The notes: generated from the sequence alone by a model not told the origin. 64,000 nucleotides of DNA from Dehalococcoidia bacterium (GCA_003562475.1 PWUU01000096.1:25853-89852); one strand, 5' to 3'. Counted from the stretch's first letter, positions 18,242 through 28,349 are shown. Translations and numbers: made by a program.

Positions 18242-19309
18242 ATGGAACTACCGCACCTTACGCTTGTCGAGAGCGACCGATCCTTTGACTACTGTTTTGG
18301 CTGTGGAGAGCTCAATCCGATCGGGCTGCACTTGAGACCACACTACGATGGTGATAGGGTTACTGCTACGTTCACACCAACACTTGACTACCAGGGCTGG
18401 CATAACGTGACACACGGAGGAATCCTCTACAGCATCCTGGATGAAGTCACTGCTTACGTGGTGCTGTGCTCTGGTTTCAGCTTTGGGGTCACGGCGAAGA
18501 GCACCATCCGTTTCAAACAGGTCGCCCCAACAGGCCAGCGACTTGTTGCCAGCGCATGGGCTACGAAGGTTACCTCTCGCCTCATTGAGGTGCGCGGAGA
18601 ACTCGAACTGGAGGGGAGGGACATGGTGGCGGAGGTCGAGTCCGCATTCATCCCTGGTGACCGCTGCAAGAAGGCATTTCTCTGGGACATGGACGGCGTC
18701 ATCGTGGATTCTGCAGGACCTCACTACCAGTCATGGCGCGAGACACTCGGTGCACGCGGGGCTGACTACAGCGAGGCACAGTTCACGGAGCTCTTCGGCA
18801 CGAGGGATGACTACATCATCACTCAGGTGCTGGGGCCACTCCCTCACAAGGAGGTTGACGAGATCGCCAGGCAGAAGGAGGAGCGTTACAGGCAGCTCAT
18901 ACGCGGCCAGGTGCAGGTCTTTCCGGGGGTGGAACGACTGCTCAAGGCGATGAAGAAGGGGGGCTACCGGGTTGCCCTCGGCACATCAGCACCCATGGAG
19001 AACGTCGAAGCAGTCACTGCTGAACTGAGTCTGCGTGATTATTTCGATGTCATTGTCTGCGGCGAGGATGTTACCGAGGGAAAGCCGAGTCCCATGATCT
19101 ACTTACACGCAGCAAGAAAACTTGGTGTTGAACCTGGCGATTGTGTGGTGTTCGAAGATTCGCCACATGGTGTTGACGCCGCCAGACGGGGAGGCATGAA
19201 ATGCGTGGCAGTAACGAGCACCCACCCTGCAGAAGCATTACAGGCAGCCAACCGAGTAGTGGGGTCGATGGAGGAGATTGATCTGATACAACTCATAAGA
19301 TGGATTTAA
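18242..19309 (+). CDS. Fusion protein: PaaI/hotdog thioesterase domain + HAD-IA phosphatase (beta-phosphoglucomutase-like) domain
   Basis: The N-terminus has CFGCGELNPIGLHL...HGGILYSILDE (hotdog fold). The C-terminus has FLWDMDGVIVDS, ALGTSAP, KPSP and VVFEDSPHGVDAA (HAD motifs I-IV). Confidence 0.75.
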   Translation: MELPHLTLVESDRSFDYCFGCGELNPIGLHLRPHYDGDRVTATFTPTLDYQGWHNVTHGGILYSILDEVTAYVVLCSGFSFGVTAKSTIRFKQVAPTGQRLVASAWATKVTSRLIEVRGELELEGRDMVAEVESAFIPGDRCKKAFLWDMDGVIVDSAGPHYQSWRETLGARGADYSEAQFTELFGTRDDYIITQVLGPLPHKEVDEIARQKEERYRQLIRGQVQVFPGVERLLKAMKKGGYRVALGTSAPMENVEAVTAELSLRDYFDVIVCGEDVTEGKPSPMIYLHAARKLGVEPGDCVVFEDSPHGVDAARRGGMKCVAVTSTHPAEALQAANRVVGSMEEIDLIQLIRWI

Positions 19310-19330
19310 CGCAGGAAGGAGATACTATTC

Positions 19331-19804
19331 ATGGGGTCGTCATCCGCCGACACTCAACGAACTCTTGTTCTGGTCAAACCAGATGCACTGCACCGTGGCC
19401 TCGTCGGAGAGGTAATCTCCCGCATTGAGCGCAAGGGATTGAGAATCGTTGCACTGAAGCTCTTGCAGGTTGACAAAGATCTTGCGGCGAGGCACTACGA
19501 AGCGCACAAGGAGAAACCGTTTTTCGGGAGCCTTGTCACGTTCATCACCTCGTGTCCCGTTATTGCCATGGTGGTACAGGGACGAAACGCCGTGGATGTC
19601 GTGCGACAGGCCATGGGAGAAACCGATCCTGCCAGGGCCGCACCCGGCACGATACGGGGTGACCTTGCGCTTGATGTTCAGAATAATCTGGTACACGGGG
19701 CGGACTCACCGGAAAGCGCGCGCCGTGAGATAGATCTTTTCTTCACAGAGGCTGAGATTCTGGACTACGAGCGGAGCATCGATTGTTGGCTGGAATCCGC
19801 TTGA
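19331..19804 (+). CDS. ndk: Nucleoside diphosphate kinase
   Basis: [48 protein letters not shown] lies upstream. Confidence 0.93.
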   Translation: MGSSSADTQRTLVLVKPDALHRGLVGEVISRIERKGLRIVALKLLQVDKDLAARHYEAHKEKPFFGSLVTFITSCPVIAMVVQGRNAVDVVRQAMGETDPARAAPGTIRGDLALDVQNNLVHGADSPESARREIDLFFTEAEILDYERSIDCWLESA

Positions 19805-19811
19805 AAACGGC

Positions 19812-20162
19812 CTACTGAATACGCAGGACGGGAATCGCATCCTGCCATAGTTGCTCTAGGCGGTAGTACTCCCTCTCCGCAGGAGCAAAGATGTGCACCA
19901 CCACAGCTCCATAGTCGGCGAGCAGCCAGCCGGAGTCGGACTCCCCTTCTTTGTGAAGGGGTATTTCACCTCGTGCCTCGAGAGTTTCAAGAACTGCTTC
20001 CCAGATGGCTTCGAGCTGTCGCTCACTCTCACCACTACAGATGACGAAGTAGTCGGAGAAAGAACAGGAGGCGCGCACATCCAGTAAAACCACATCCGCC
20101 GCCTGCTTGTCAGAGGCGATGTCCGTCACGAGATGTGCAATGTCGGCTGGTTCCAGTCGCAT
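19812..20162 (-). CDS. rsfS: Ribosome silencing factor RsfS
   Basis: KQAADVVLLDVR..CSFSDYFVICSGESERQLEAI..WLLADYGAVVVHIF. Confidence 0.88.
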   Translation of the reverse strand: MRLEPADIAHLVTDIASDKQAADVVLLDVRASCSFSDYFVICSGESERQLEAIWEAVLETLEARGEIPLHKEGESDSGWLLADYGAVVVHIFAPAEREYYRLEQLWQDAIPVLRIQ

Positions 20163-20341
20163 TCCTCCTCGCGGACATTATAGCATCCCGGTTTGATACT
20201 TCGTAGCGTGCGGAACGTGACGCCAGACCAGCACAGATGTGCAGGTTTCACCGAAGGATACCGCCGTGTGTTCCTGCGGGCATCCGTGCACGGCACATTA
20301 TGTGCCGTACGCAGTCTTCTTTTCTCGTCTACACGAGTCCC

Positions 20342-20350
20342 TGCTATAAT
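20342..20350 (+). promoter_or_regulatory. Extended -10 (TGcTATAAT) immediately upstream of the proposed ftsH GTG start
   Basis: TATAAT at 20345-20350. An in-frame GTG lies at 20357, 6 nt downstream. Confidence 0.45.
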
Positions 20351-20356
20351 GACGAG

Positions 20357-22198
20357 GTGCAAAACCTAACACCTCGCAGATGGCAGAATAGCATTTTCTA
20401 CCTGCTTCTCTTTGTCGCCGCCCTTATCTTGCTCGTCCTGTTCATGCCCGAAGGCAGCGGCCCGGTAAAGGTGGGCATCACCGATTTCGTAGCCCACGCA
20501 AGACAGGGGGAGATCGACCGTATATCGCAGAAGGACAACACTCTCACCGGTTACGCCGATGATGAGAGCAAGTTCACAGCAGACTACTACGGAAGCACGA
20601 ACGACCTTATTCAGATTCTGAACGATGCTGGAGTAAAGGTCGGCGACGACGGAATCGCACTGGAAGTGATCGCATCAGGGTACGATTGGAGCCTCATCGC
20701 GCTGCAGGTATTCCTGCCCATAGGCCTGCTGGCCGCACTATTCATCTTCTTCTTCAGGTCTGCCCGTGGCGCTGGTTCTCAGGCGTTCAGCTTCGGCAAG
20801 AGCCGTGCGCGTCTCAACTCTCCCGACCGCCCCCAAATAACCTTCGCCGATGTGGCAGGAAGCGAGGAGGCTAAGGAAGAAGTCCAGGAGGTCGTCGAGT
20901 TCCTGAAGTCGCCGGACAAGTTCCAGTCGCTGGGAGGCAGAATACCACGTGGCGTACTCCTCGTTGGATCACCCGGCACAGGGAAGACGTTGCTCGCCAA
21001 GGCCATCGCAGGCGAGGCGCAGGTGCCGTTCTACTCCATCAGTGGAAGCGAGTTTGTGGAGATGTTCGTCGGTGTGGGTGCCGCAAGAGTGCGCGACCTC
21101 TTTGAGCAGGCGAAGCGTAATTCTCCCTGTATCATCTTCGTGGACGAGATAGATGCTGTCGGCCGCCATCGTGGCGCAGGGGTCGGGGGAGGCCACGACG
21201 AGCGAGAACAGACGCTCAACCAGATCCTCACGGAGATGGACGGCTTCGATACGAACGCCAAAGTCATCGTCATCGCCGCCACGAACCGGCCCGACATCCT
21301 TGATCCCGCTCTCCTGAGACCGGGCAGGTTCGATCGCACCATTGTCGTCGATCTGCCCGATATCAAAGAGCGTGTGGCAATCCTCAAGGTGCACACGAAG
21401 GACAAGCCACTGGCCGAGGACGTCGACCTGGAAGTCATCGCCCGTCAAACGCCGGGCCTTAGTGGTGCTGACCTGGCGAACGTCACCAACGAGGCAGCGC
21501 TGCTTGCGGCACGACGCGCTTTGAAGAAGATTGGTGCACAGGAACTGGAGGACGCAACCGACAGGGTACGTATGGGGCCGGAACGAAAGAGCCGCGTCAT
21601 GAGCCATCACGAGAAGCTCATCACCGCGTACCATGAGAGCGGGCACGCGCTGGTGGCTAAACTACTGCCCAACGCAGACCCGGTGCACAAGGTTTCCATC
21701 GTCGCGCGCGGCCTGGCCGGCGGCTACACCCAGGTCCTCCCAAGTGAGGCCCGCCACTACTGGTCACGCTCGCAACTGGACGACCAAATCGCGATGATGC
21801 TTGGAGGTCGAGCGGCAGAAGAGTTGCAGTTCGGCGATATCACAACCGGCGCCCAGAACGACCTCAAGAACGCAACCACAGTCGCTCGTCGAATGGTCAC
21901 CGAGTGGGGTATGAGCGACAAGCTTGGCCCTCGCACGTTCGGACAGCGCCAGGAGCTGGTGTTCCTGGGCAAGGAGATCAGTGAGCAGCGGGACTACAGC
22001 GACCTGGTTGCCCAGCAGATTGATGAAGAGGTACACGACCGAATACAGCACGCCTACACGGCTGCCAAGAAGATCCTGGAGGAGAACTTCACGAAACTCC
22101 AGCAGGTTGCGGAGTTACTGATGGAGAAGGAGACAATCGTCGAGGAAGACATTGCCTCGCTTTTTGAGAGCCCCGCACCTCAGACTGCAGCGGGATAG
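20357..22198 (+). CDS. ftsH: ATP-dependent zinc metalloprotease FtsH
   Basis: [28 protein letters not shown], the SRH region and HESGHAL. The start is set at GTG 20357, which gives [19 protein letters not shown].. (a normal FtsH N-terminus). The longest ORF begins at 20237. Confidence 0.93.
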   Translation: MQNLTPRRWQNSIFYLLLFVAALILLVLFMPEGSGPVKVGITDFVAHARQGEIDRISQKDNTLTGYADDESKFTADYYGSTNDLIQILNDAGVKVGDDGIALEVIASGYDWSLIALQVFLPIGLLAALFIFFFRSARGAGSQAFSFGKSRARLNSPDRPQITFADVAGSEEAKEEVQEVVEFLKSPDKFQSLGGRIPRGVLLVGSPGTGKTLLAKAIAGEAQVPFYSISGSEFVEMFVGVGAARVRDLFEQAKRNSPCIIFVDEIDAVGRHRGAGVGGGHDEREQTLNQILTEMDGFDTNAKVIVIAATNRPDILDPALLRPGRFDRTIVVDLPDIKERVAILKVHTKDKPLAEDVDLEVIARQTPGLSGADLANVTNEAALLAARRALKKIGAQELEDATDRVRMGPERKSRVMSHHEKLITAYHESGHALVAKLLPNADPVHKVSIVARGLAGGYTQVLPSEARHYWSRSQLDDQIAMMLGGRAAEELQFGDITTGAQNDLKNATTVARRMVTEWGMSDKLGPRTFGQRQELVFLGKEISEQRDYSDLVAQQIDEEVHDRIQHAYTAAKKILEENFTKLQQVAELLMEKETIVEEDIASLFESPAPQTAAG

Positions 22199-22242
22199 TA
22201 CACCAGGATACACACCCCATCGCGGACACGAAGACCGGCCGC

Positions 22243-23904
22243 CTACTTCCCGAGGCGCGCGGTTTCTTCTTCAATCACCGATTCATCAAGCTTGGTAAAG
22301 AGGGGGCTGGCCTCACCAAGAGCCTGTCCGGCGGAAGGGATCACCATCTTCCAGCCACGGTCCTGCAGCGTCCCCTTGAATCCCAGGGACTGGTGCAGCG
22401 CCTCGGAGCTGAATGGGAGGTAAGGACTGAACACCGTGCTGAGAACCGACAACACACCCATGACCGTGTACAGCGTTCTGCCCGCCGAGTCCTTCGAGTG
22501 TTTGACGGACTTCCATGGCGCCTGCTCATCCAGGTAACGGTTCGCCTTCTGCGCGAGCGCCATCGAATGCCGGATGCCCTCCTTGAAGCTGCAACGTTCA
22601 AGGGCGCTACGAACGTCTCCGAGCGTTTGTTCAGCCTCGGCAATGAGCTGCTGCGCTTGCGCGTCAAGGTCGCCCGGGTCAGGCACCAGCCCGTCGAAGT
22701 AGCGGTGAGTGAAGGTCAACACGCGATGCACGAGGTTGCCATACGTCGCCACAAGCTCGTCGTTGTTGCGGTGAACAAACTTGTCCCAGGAGAAGTCGCT
22801 ATCCTGTGTCTCTGGCATTGCTGCCGACAGGTAATAGCGGAGCGGATCGGGTTCATATCTCTCCAGGTAATCATCGACCCATACAGCCCAGTTTCGACTC
22901 GTCGAAAGCTTCTGTCCCTGAATGCTGAGAAACTCGTTCGACGGCACATCATAGGGGAGGTTAAGGTCGCCATAACCCATCAGGATTGCCGGCCAACTCA
23001 AGGTGTGGAAGAAGATATTGTCCTTCCCGATGAAGTTATAGATCCGTGCTTCCTGTTTCCAGTAGCGCTCCCACAACGAATCATCTCGGTTGCACCTGGC
23101 CCATTCCCTGGTGGCTGAAAGATATCCGATCACCGCCTCAAACCACACGTATATGCGCTTCCCTTCATAACCGGGCACCGGAACCGTAACACCCCAATCG
23201 ATGTCGCGGGTAATGGCGCGATCACGCAGGCCTTCATCGAGAAACCGTCTCGTTGCGCCAATGACGTTCTGCCGCCAGTGAGCCATACCATTGACCCACG
23301 AGGCCAACCGATCCTGAAACGCGCTGAGTTTGAAGAAGAAGTGCTCAGACTTCTCAAACCGTGGCGACCCTCCGCAGACCACACAGTGCGGGTCACCAAG
23401 ATCTACAGGATCAAGCGGCTTGCCACAGGCTTCGCACTCGTCTCCACGCGCATTGCGCGAGCCACAGCTGGGACACACACCCGCCACATATCGGTCGGGC
23501 AAGAAGCGCTGACAGGAAGGACAATAGGCTTGGAGTACCAGGTCTTTATACAGATACCCATTCTTAAGCAGCGTGAGAAATATGTCCTGTGTGACCTCAG
23601 CATGGTTGGCCGTGCCGGTGCTGGTGTAGAGGTCCCACGAAATGCCAAGCCGTTGCCAGCAGCCGACAAAATGCGCGTGGTACTTGCTTGCTATAGCATC
23701 AGGTGTTGTGTTCTCTCTCTCCGCGCGAATGGTGATGGGGGCTCCGTGCACGTCACTCCCTGACACCATGAGCACCTCGTTGCCAATCAAGCGATTGAAC
23801 CGGGCGAAAACATCCGCAGGCAGGTAGGCTCCCGCGACATGCCCCAGGTGCAGTCGACCATTCGCATAAGGCCAGGCAACACCAACGTGAATACGCTCAG
23901 ACAA
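22243..23904 (-). CDS. metG: Methionyl-tRNA synthetase
   Basis: AWPYANGRLHLGHVAG (HIGH), a four-CxxC zinc knuckle and KLSTSRNW (KMSKS). The start is set at TTG 23904, preceded by AAGGAGG with a 6-nt spacer. The longest ORF (24012) would include the putative promoter. Confidence 0.92.
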   Translation of the reverse strand: MSERIHVGVAWPYANGRLHLGHVAGAYLPADVFARFNRLIGNEVLMVSGSDVHGAPITIRAERENTTPDAIASKYHAHFVGCWQRLGISWDLYTSTGTANHAEVTQDIFLTLLKNGYLYKDLVLQAYCPSCQRFLPDRYVAGVCPSCGSRNARGDECEACGKPLDPVDLGDPHCVVCGGSPRFEKSEHFFFKLSAFQDRLASWVNGMAHWRQNVIGATRRFLDEGLRDRAITRDIDWGVTVPVPGYEGKRIYVWFEAVIGYLSATREWARCNRDDSLWERYWKQEARIYNFIGKDNIFFHTLSWPAILMGYGDLNLPYDVPSNEFLSIQGQKLSTSRNWAVWVDDYLERYEPDPLRYYLSAAMPETQDSDFSWDKFVHRNNDELVATYGNLVHRVLTFTHRYFDGLVPDPGDLDAQAQQLIAEAEQTLGDVRSALERCSFKEGIRHSMALAQKANRYLDEQAPWKSVKHSKDSAGRTLYTVMGVLSVLSTVFSPYLPFSSEALHQSLGFKGTLQDRGWKMVIPSAGQALGEASPLFTKLDESVIEEETARLGK

Positions 23905-23982
23905 GCTCGCCTCCTTACGGTCATGCTGCAGAAATAGAAGGTGAAGCAGCACCAGTGGAATCCGCTGCACGGGGTGACACCG

Positions 23983-23988
23983 ATTATA
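23983..23988 (-). promoter_or_regulatory. Candidate -10 hexamer (TATAAT) about 78 nt upstream of the metG TTG start
   Basis: The minus strand reads gagcTATAATcggtg. Confidence 0.35.
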
Positions 23989-24078
23989 GCTCACACTTCT
24001 GCCCGATTCCACCAGTTTCCTTGACTCTAGTCGGCGAGAGGGGTATATTCTTCTCCACTTTTCGCCGCTGGAGGGTCC

Positions 24079-25221
24079 ATGCAGTATCCCAAGTTCAAGG
24101 AGATGGAACGGGCCTACGGTTTCGACGAGGTCGCACTGGTCCCGGGAGACATTACCATCAATCCGGATCAGACCGACATCCGCTACACTATCGGCTCACT
24201 CGAATTCCAGTTCCCTATTCTCGCATCGGCCATGGACGCCGTCGTCAGCCCTTCCAGCGCAATTGCCTACGGCAAGCTCGGTGGACTCGCGGTCCTGAAC
24301 CTCGAGGGTGTGCAGACGCGCTACGAGGATGCTGAAACGATACTCGAAGAGATCGCCGCAACGCCACAAGCCGAAGTAACAGCTTTGCTGCAGAAGCGAT
24401 ATGCTGAGCCCATCAAAGAGGACCTGGTGGCCAAGCGCATACGCACCATCAAGCAGGCAGGCGTCGCGTGCGCTGTTTCTGTCACTCCAGCCAACACCAA
24501 GCGCCTCACACCAATTGCACTTGACGCAGGAATGGACATTCTTGTGGTGCAATCGACCGTCACAACTGCTACGCACCTCTCCAAGAGTGCTAAAGGGCTC
24601 ATCCTGAGCGAACTATGCGAACAGGTCAGGATCCCGGTCATCGTGGGTAACTGCTGTAGCTATAACGCAGCTCTTGAACTGATGAGGACGAGGATTGCGG
24701 CAATCCTCGTAGGCGTCGGGCCCGGAGCAGCGTGCACTTCACGCGAGGTGCTTGGCATCGGCGTCCCTCAGGTATCGGCAACTTCAGAATGTGCGGCTGC
24801 GCGTGAAACCTACCTCAAGGAGACAGGCAGGTACGTCTCCATCATCACAGACGGCGGCTTCCGCGTGGGAAGCGATATCTGCAAGGCATTCGCAGCCGGC
24901 GCAGACGCTGTGATGATTGGTTCACCCCTCGCTCAAGCGCGAGGTGCACCAGGCCATGGCTTTCACTGGGGCATGTCACACCCTCACCCGGCACTGCCCC
25001 GGGGCACCAGGGTCAAAGTGGGCAGCGTTGCATCACTGGAGCAGATAATGTTCGGGCCGACTTCCGTGACCGACGGAACTCAGAACTTCATCGGTGCACT
25101 CCGTACCAGCATGGGCATGTGTGGCGCCAAGACCATACGTGAGATGCAGCATACGCGGATGATCATCGCGCCATCGATCAAGACGGAGGGGAAGTACCTC
25201 CAGATGATACAAGGCGGGTAG
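24079..25221 (+). CDS. IMP dehydrogenase-related protein (GuaB3-like, no CBS insert)
   Basis: YGFDEVALVPG, ILASAMDAVVSP, GVGPGAACTSREVLGIGVPQ, ITDGGFRVGSDICKAFAAGADAVMIGS. At 380 aa it is too short for a CBS pair. GGAGGG lies upstream. Confidence 0.8.
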   Translation: MQYPKFKEMERAYGFDEVALVPGDITINPDQTDIRYTIGSLEFQFPILASAMDAVVSPSSAIAYGKLGGLAVLNLEGVQTRYEDAETILEEIAATPQAEVTALLQKRYAEPIKEDLVAKRIRTIKQAGVACAVSVTPANTKRLTPIALDAGMDILVVQSTVTTATHLSKSAKGLILSELCEQVRIPVIVGNCCSYNAALELMRTRIAAILVGVGPGAACTSREVLGIGVPQVSATSECAAARETYLKETGRYVSIITDGGFRVGSDICKAFAAGADAVMIGSPLAQARGAPGHGFHWGMSHPHPALPRGTRVKVGSVASLEQIMFGPTSVTDGTQNFIGALRTSMGMCGAKTIREMQHTRMIIAPSIKTEGKYLQMIQGG

Positions 25222-25343
25222 CACCGCTACTCGGGCCATCCGCCACGCCCGTGGACAATCAAGGCGCTCCTGTCGGGTGCTGTCTTGTCCTGCACTGAAT
25301 TCACGCGCCAGGTGAGCCGTCGGCAGCATGCCGCCAGAGATGA

Positions 25344-26198
25344 CTACTCGTCATCATCTTCTTCTTCTCCGTCGCCCTCATCATCTTCACGAGTACCGGT
25401 GTGGCCCAGTGCGCTCATCTGAGGTCCGATGGCAGCAAACGTGCCCGCCTCAGACAACCGTGATTCGTAGGAAGCATTATTCACAGAATCGCGTATGGAC
25501 GTAAGGCTTTCCAGATCAAGAGCCGAGTCGACCAGCAGCGCATCGACCCCGACACGCCAGAAGGCGCCTACCTGCACAGGTTGGATCCTGCCCTCGAGAG
25601 AGAGCACCAGAGGTTTACCACTGATGATGTGTATGCGACGACATTCGACAACGGATGACAGTCTCGTCAGGTCGAGAGACTCGGACCTCAGTACCAGCGC
25701 ATCAACACCCAGTTCGGCAATAGCCCGCAGCCTGCTCGCCTCCAACCCACTATCCACCTGCACGATGCACCCTTGCTCCTTCTGAGTGATCGCTTCAAAC
25801 GGGCCATCCAGATCGCACACGAAGAAGTCAATAGCCGGATCTACGGGCAGGGGCCCTTGAGTTGCCACAGCTACACCAACGGGGTCGCCGCCACAACGCG
25901 ATACCACTTCCTGTAGCATGGCATGATCCCCCGACTTCTCATGACCGAGTATCGCCGCATCTGCCAGCCCCAGCACCGCACCCAGATCCTCACCAGTAAC
26001 TCCGCTGATCCGAATCAGCAGGAGCATACGCCGAGGAGTGACTACGGCTGAACCGAAGCCAAATCCAATCGGTTTCGAAACCTTATGCAACCTTTGAAGA
26101 CGTTCCCCTAATCTGCTCACACTATCGCTCCCGCATCCGTGGTTGTCGATGGCCCGCACCTGCTTCCAGCGCGGCTTCACACTGCCACCCTGGGGCAC
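25344..26198 (-). CDS. Hypothetical protein with extreme acidic C-terminal tail
   Basis: A long ORF on the same strand as the upstream L25 gene. It has an internal repeat-like GVDALVLRSESLDL / GVDALLVDSALDLESL and ends in REDDEGDGEEEDDDE. I recognise no family, and the start is uncertain. Confidence 0.5.
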   Translation of the reverse strand: MPQGGSVKPRWKQVRAIDNHGCGSDSVSRLGERLQRLHKVSKPIGFGFGSAVVTPRRMLLLIRISGVTGEDLGAVLGLADAAILGHEKSGDHAMLQEVVSRCGGDPVGVAVATQGPLPVDPAIDFFVCDLDGPFEAITQKEQGCIVQVDSGLEASRLRAIAELGVDALVLRSESLDLTRLSSVVECRRIHIISGKPLVLSLEGRIQPVQVGAFWRVGVDALLVDSALDLESLTSIRDSVNNASYESRLSEAGTFAAIGPQMSALGHTGTREDDEGDGEEEDDDE

Positions 26199-26279
26199 GC
26201 CACGAGCTTACGCAGGCGCCACAGTTCAGATTCGCAGCTCCCAACTGTGTCGACCAAGAGGACATGTCGCTCGACCTGG

Positions 26280-26927
26280 TCAGTCCGTCTGTTCAGCGGT
26301 GCCCTTTTCCTCTTTCGCAGGCTCGGCCTCGACTTCCTCAACCTCCTCAACTTCCTCCACAACCGGCCTTCGCTCGGCTTCGATTCGCGCAACTACCAGT
26401 TCAGGGTCGTTGAGAATCGCCACTCCATCAGGAGCACGCACATCGCCGACGCGAAGCACATCCGAAGCGGATTCCAGGCTACTGATATCTACATCAAGAC
26501 GTGACGGAAGATTCGTCGGAAGGCACTCGACAGTCAACGAAGGAAGCTCGAGGGCAAGGGTGTTCGCCTTAGATTCAAGCGCAGGCGCGTGACCCACCAC
26601 ATGCACCGGAATTTCGACTGTCATCTTTTCCTTGCTTTTCACCTGGTACAGATCCAGGTGCAGCAACAAACCAGAGGCTGGTTTCCTTTGAATCTCTCGT
26701 ATTAGCACCGTTCTGGCTCGTTTCTCACCACTCACCTTCAGGCTGATGAGGCGTGAAGTCCCCGCCCGAGCAAGCACCCGCTCGAGATCTGCCGTCTGAC
26801 CCTGCAAGGCCAGCGAATGCACACGATGTCCAAACAGATGCGCCGGTGTCATCCCGGCGCGTCGCAGGGCCTTGTTCCGTTTTCCGAACGTGTCCCTTGG
26901 TTGTAGTTCAAGGGTAATCTTGTCCAT
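26280..26927 (-). CDS. rplY: 50S ribosomal protein L25 / general stress protein Ctc
   Basis: MDKITLELQPRDTFGKRNKALRRAGMTPAHLFG.., with both L25 domains. The C-terminal tail is acidic (VVEEVEEVEEVEAEPAKEEK). The start is at the internal ATG 26927, preceded by AGGAG. Confidence 0.88.
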   Translation of the reverse strand: MDKITLELQPRDTFGKRNKALRRAGMTPAHLFGHRVHSLALQGQTADLERVLARAGTSRLISLKVSGEKRARTVLIREIQRKPASGLLLHLDLYQVKSKEKMTVEIPVHVVGHAPALESKANTLALELPSLTVECLPTNLPSRLDVDISSLESASDVLRVGDVRAPDGVAILNDPELVVARIEAERRPVVEEVEEVEEVEAEPAKEEKGTAEQTD

Positions 26928-27034
26928 GATAGTTGCTCCTGTCCAGTCTAGCAGCCGCACGACCCCACCGCGATAGCATCGGTGTATGCTAGCACCGGCA
27001 CAAGCCTCAGGCAAGCCGACCATCGCTTGCCACC

Positions 27035-27650
27035 TTGCGTCTCGCACCCGCGTTCCTATCCTTCGGTCATCCCATCGGTAATCATCACCACTCCCCCCAT
27101 ACCAACACATTTCAAGTGGAGCATCAGGCGATAGAACAGGACTACTCACTTCTGAGCCCACCACTCAAGCCTGCGCAGGTCATGCCTGATAGCAGGCTTG
27201 GGCTTCGGCTTCGCATACGACCGCGCACAGTGGGTCGACGACATGGAAGCTATCGGCGGCCGCGAGAACCTGAGCAGCCCAACCCCCTGTTTCATCGCGG
27301 GCAAAGAGATCTTGCGCCGCTTTCTCGATGAGCCAAAGAGCTATGAGTGGGCCTGTCGCGTACTGGCTAACCGGCTGAACGTACTCATAGAGGAGACCGG
27401 GCCTCACCTGGTGCTACCCGGAAATGGCTTATTCGGTGCGCTCTATGCCCTCGTAAAGACGGGGGGTCGGCCATGTGAAGCATTTGCAGACCGCCTCATC
27501 GAGGAAAGCGGAGTTGTCACCGTACCGTGCAACCAGTTCTACGGTGGCGAAGCACATGCCGTGCGGCTTTCACTCGTATTTGTGCCGTGGACACCGGGAG
27601 ATGGAGGCTGGGTAGCCAGCGTGAAGGCGCTCCAATTTGCTCTTTCGTAA
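27035..27650 (+). pseudogene. Class I/II aminotransferase fragment (C-terminal half only, frameshifted)
   Basis: One frame reads ..LLSPPLKPAQVMPDSRLG (resembling the SxSK..G.RlG lysine region). About 27195 the reading shifts into the frame of ORF 27198..27650: GFGFAY....LVLPGNGLFGALYAL...VVTVPCNQFYGGEAHAVRLSL (an aminotransferase small domain). There is no room for the N-terminal half because rplY starts at 26927. Confidence 0.55.
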
Positions 27651-27827
27651 CGGTGCGGAATCCATATGCCTGTTCGGCTGCTGCCCCCCGCCAGTCGGCG
27701 TAGCGGCCGACCTCTTCAGCCACTATCGGGCATCGCATGACGCGAGCAGCGGCAATACCGTCATCCAGCGCGGCGATTTACTTGCCAGTCGTGAGCCAAC
27801 TATAATTGCACACTGGAGGTGCGTTAA

Positions 27828-28349
27828 ATGAGTGAAGCTCTACACATTGTCAATCAGATACTGGAGGAACATGAACAAATCCATGCTGACTTCCAGACGC
27901 TGGGACAAGTGAGTAGCGATGTGGAGGCAGCAGCGAGTCTACAGACCGACAAGACACGAGACTACTTCGTACCAAGAAGCCTCGACGATCAGGGACGAGG
28001 GCTCGCTCGCTGGAGGGAGATCCTTCAATCGATCAGCACCGGATTGAAGGCACACTTCAAGAAAGAAGAGACCGCCCTGTTTGATGCCTTCAAGCGGGAG
28101 GGCACTCCAGACCTCGAGGCGGCACTTAATGAGCTGCTGTCCGAACATGACAGGATTAGCAAGCATGTGGCAAAGCTGCTCAAGGATGCCGACGACATCG
28201 CGTCCGGTGGCGTGAAGATACAAGTCTGGGAAGGTAATGGCTGGGGCATGAAGATCAACATCGAGCGACTTCGTTCCGAAATCGAAACGCATGCCGAAAG
28301 AGAACGAGAGCTTCTCGGAAAGATGAAGCGACATCTCGGCAAGGACTGA
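27828..28349 (+). CDS. Hemerythrin-like (HHE cation-binding) domain protein
   Basis: ILEEHEQIHADF..., HFKKEETALFDAF, LLSEHDRISKHV, ETHAERERELL: spaced H/E helices. TATAAT and GGAGGTG lie upstream. Confidence 0.5.
   Translation: MSEALHIVNQILEEHEQIHADFQTLGQVSSDVEAAASLQTDKTRDYFVPRSLDDQGRGLARWREILQSISTGLKAHFKKEETALFDAFKREGTPDLEAALNELLSEHDRISKHVAKLLKDADDIASGGVKIQVWEGNGWGMKINIERLRSEIETHAERERELLGKMKRHLGKD

Noticed and set aside
23905-23990. Possible T-box or other riboswitch leader upstream of metG, and likewise upstream of ileS and thiL.
   Set aside because: The metG leader is only about 78 nt, too short for a T-box. ileS follows jag by 2 nt. thiL starts 7 nt after its -10 box, so there is no room for a TPP riboswitch.
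25290-25345. CGGCAGCATGCCGCC near-palindrome between the GuaB3-like gene and the acidic-tail gene, as a possible solitary member of REP family A.
   Set aside because: It lacks the GTAGGGG head and the conserved 3' tail (GCCCGTACGTCATTCACGG). The similarity is limited to a short GC-rich palindrome.
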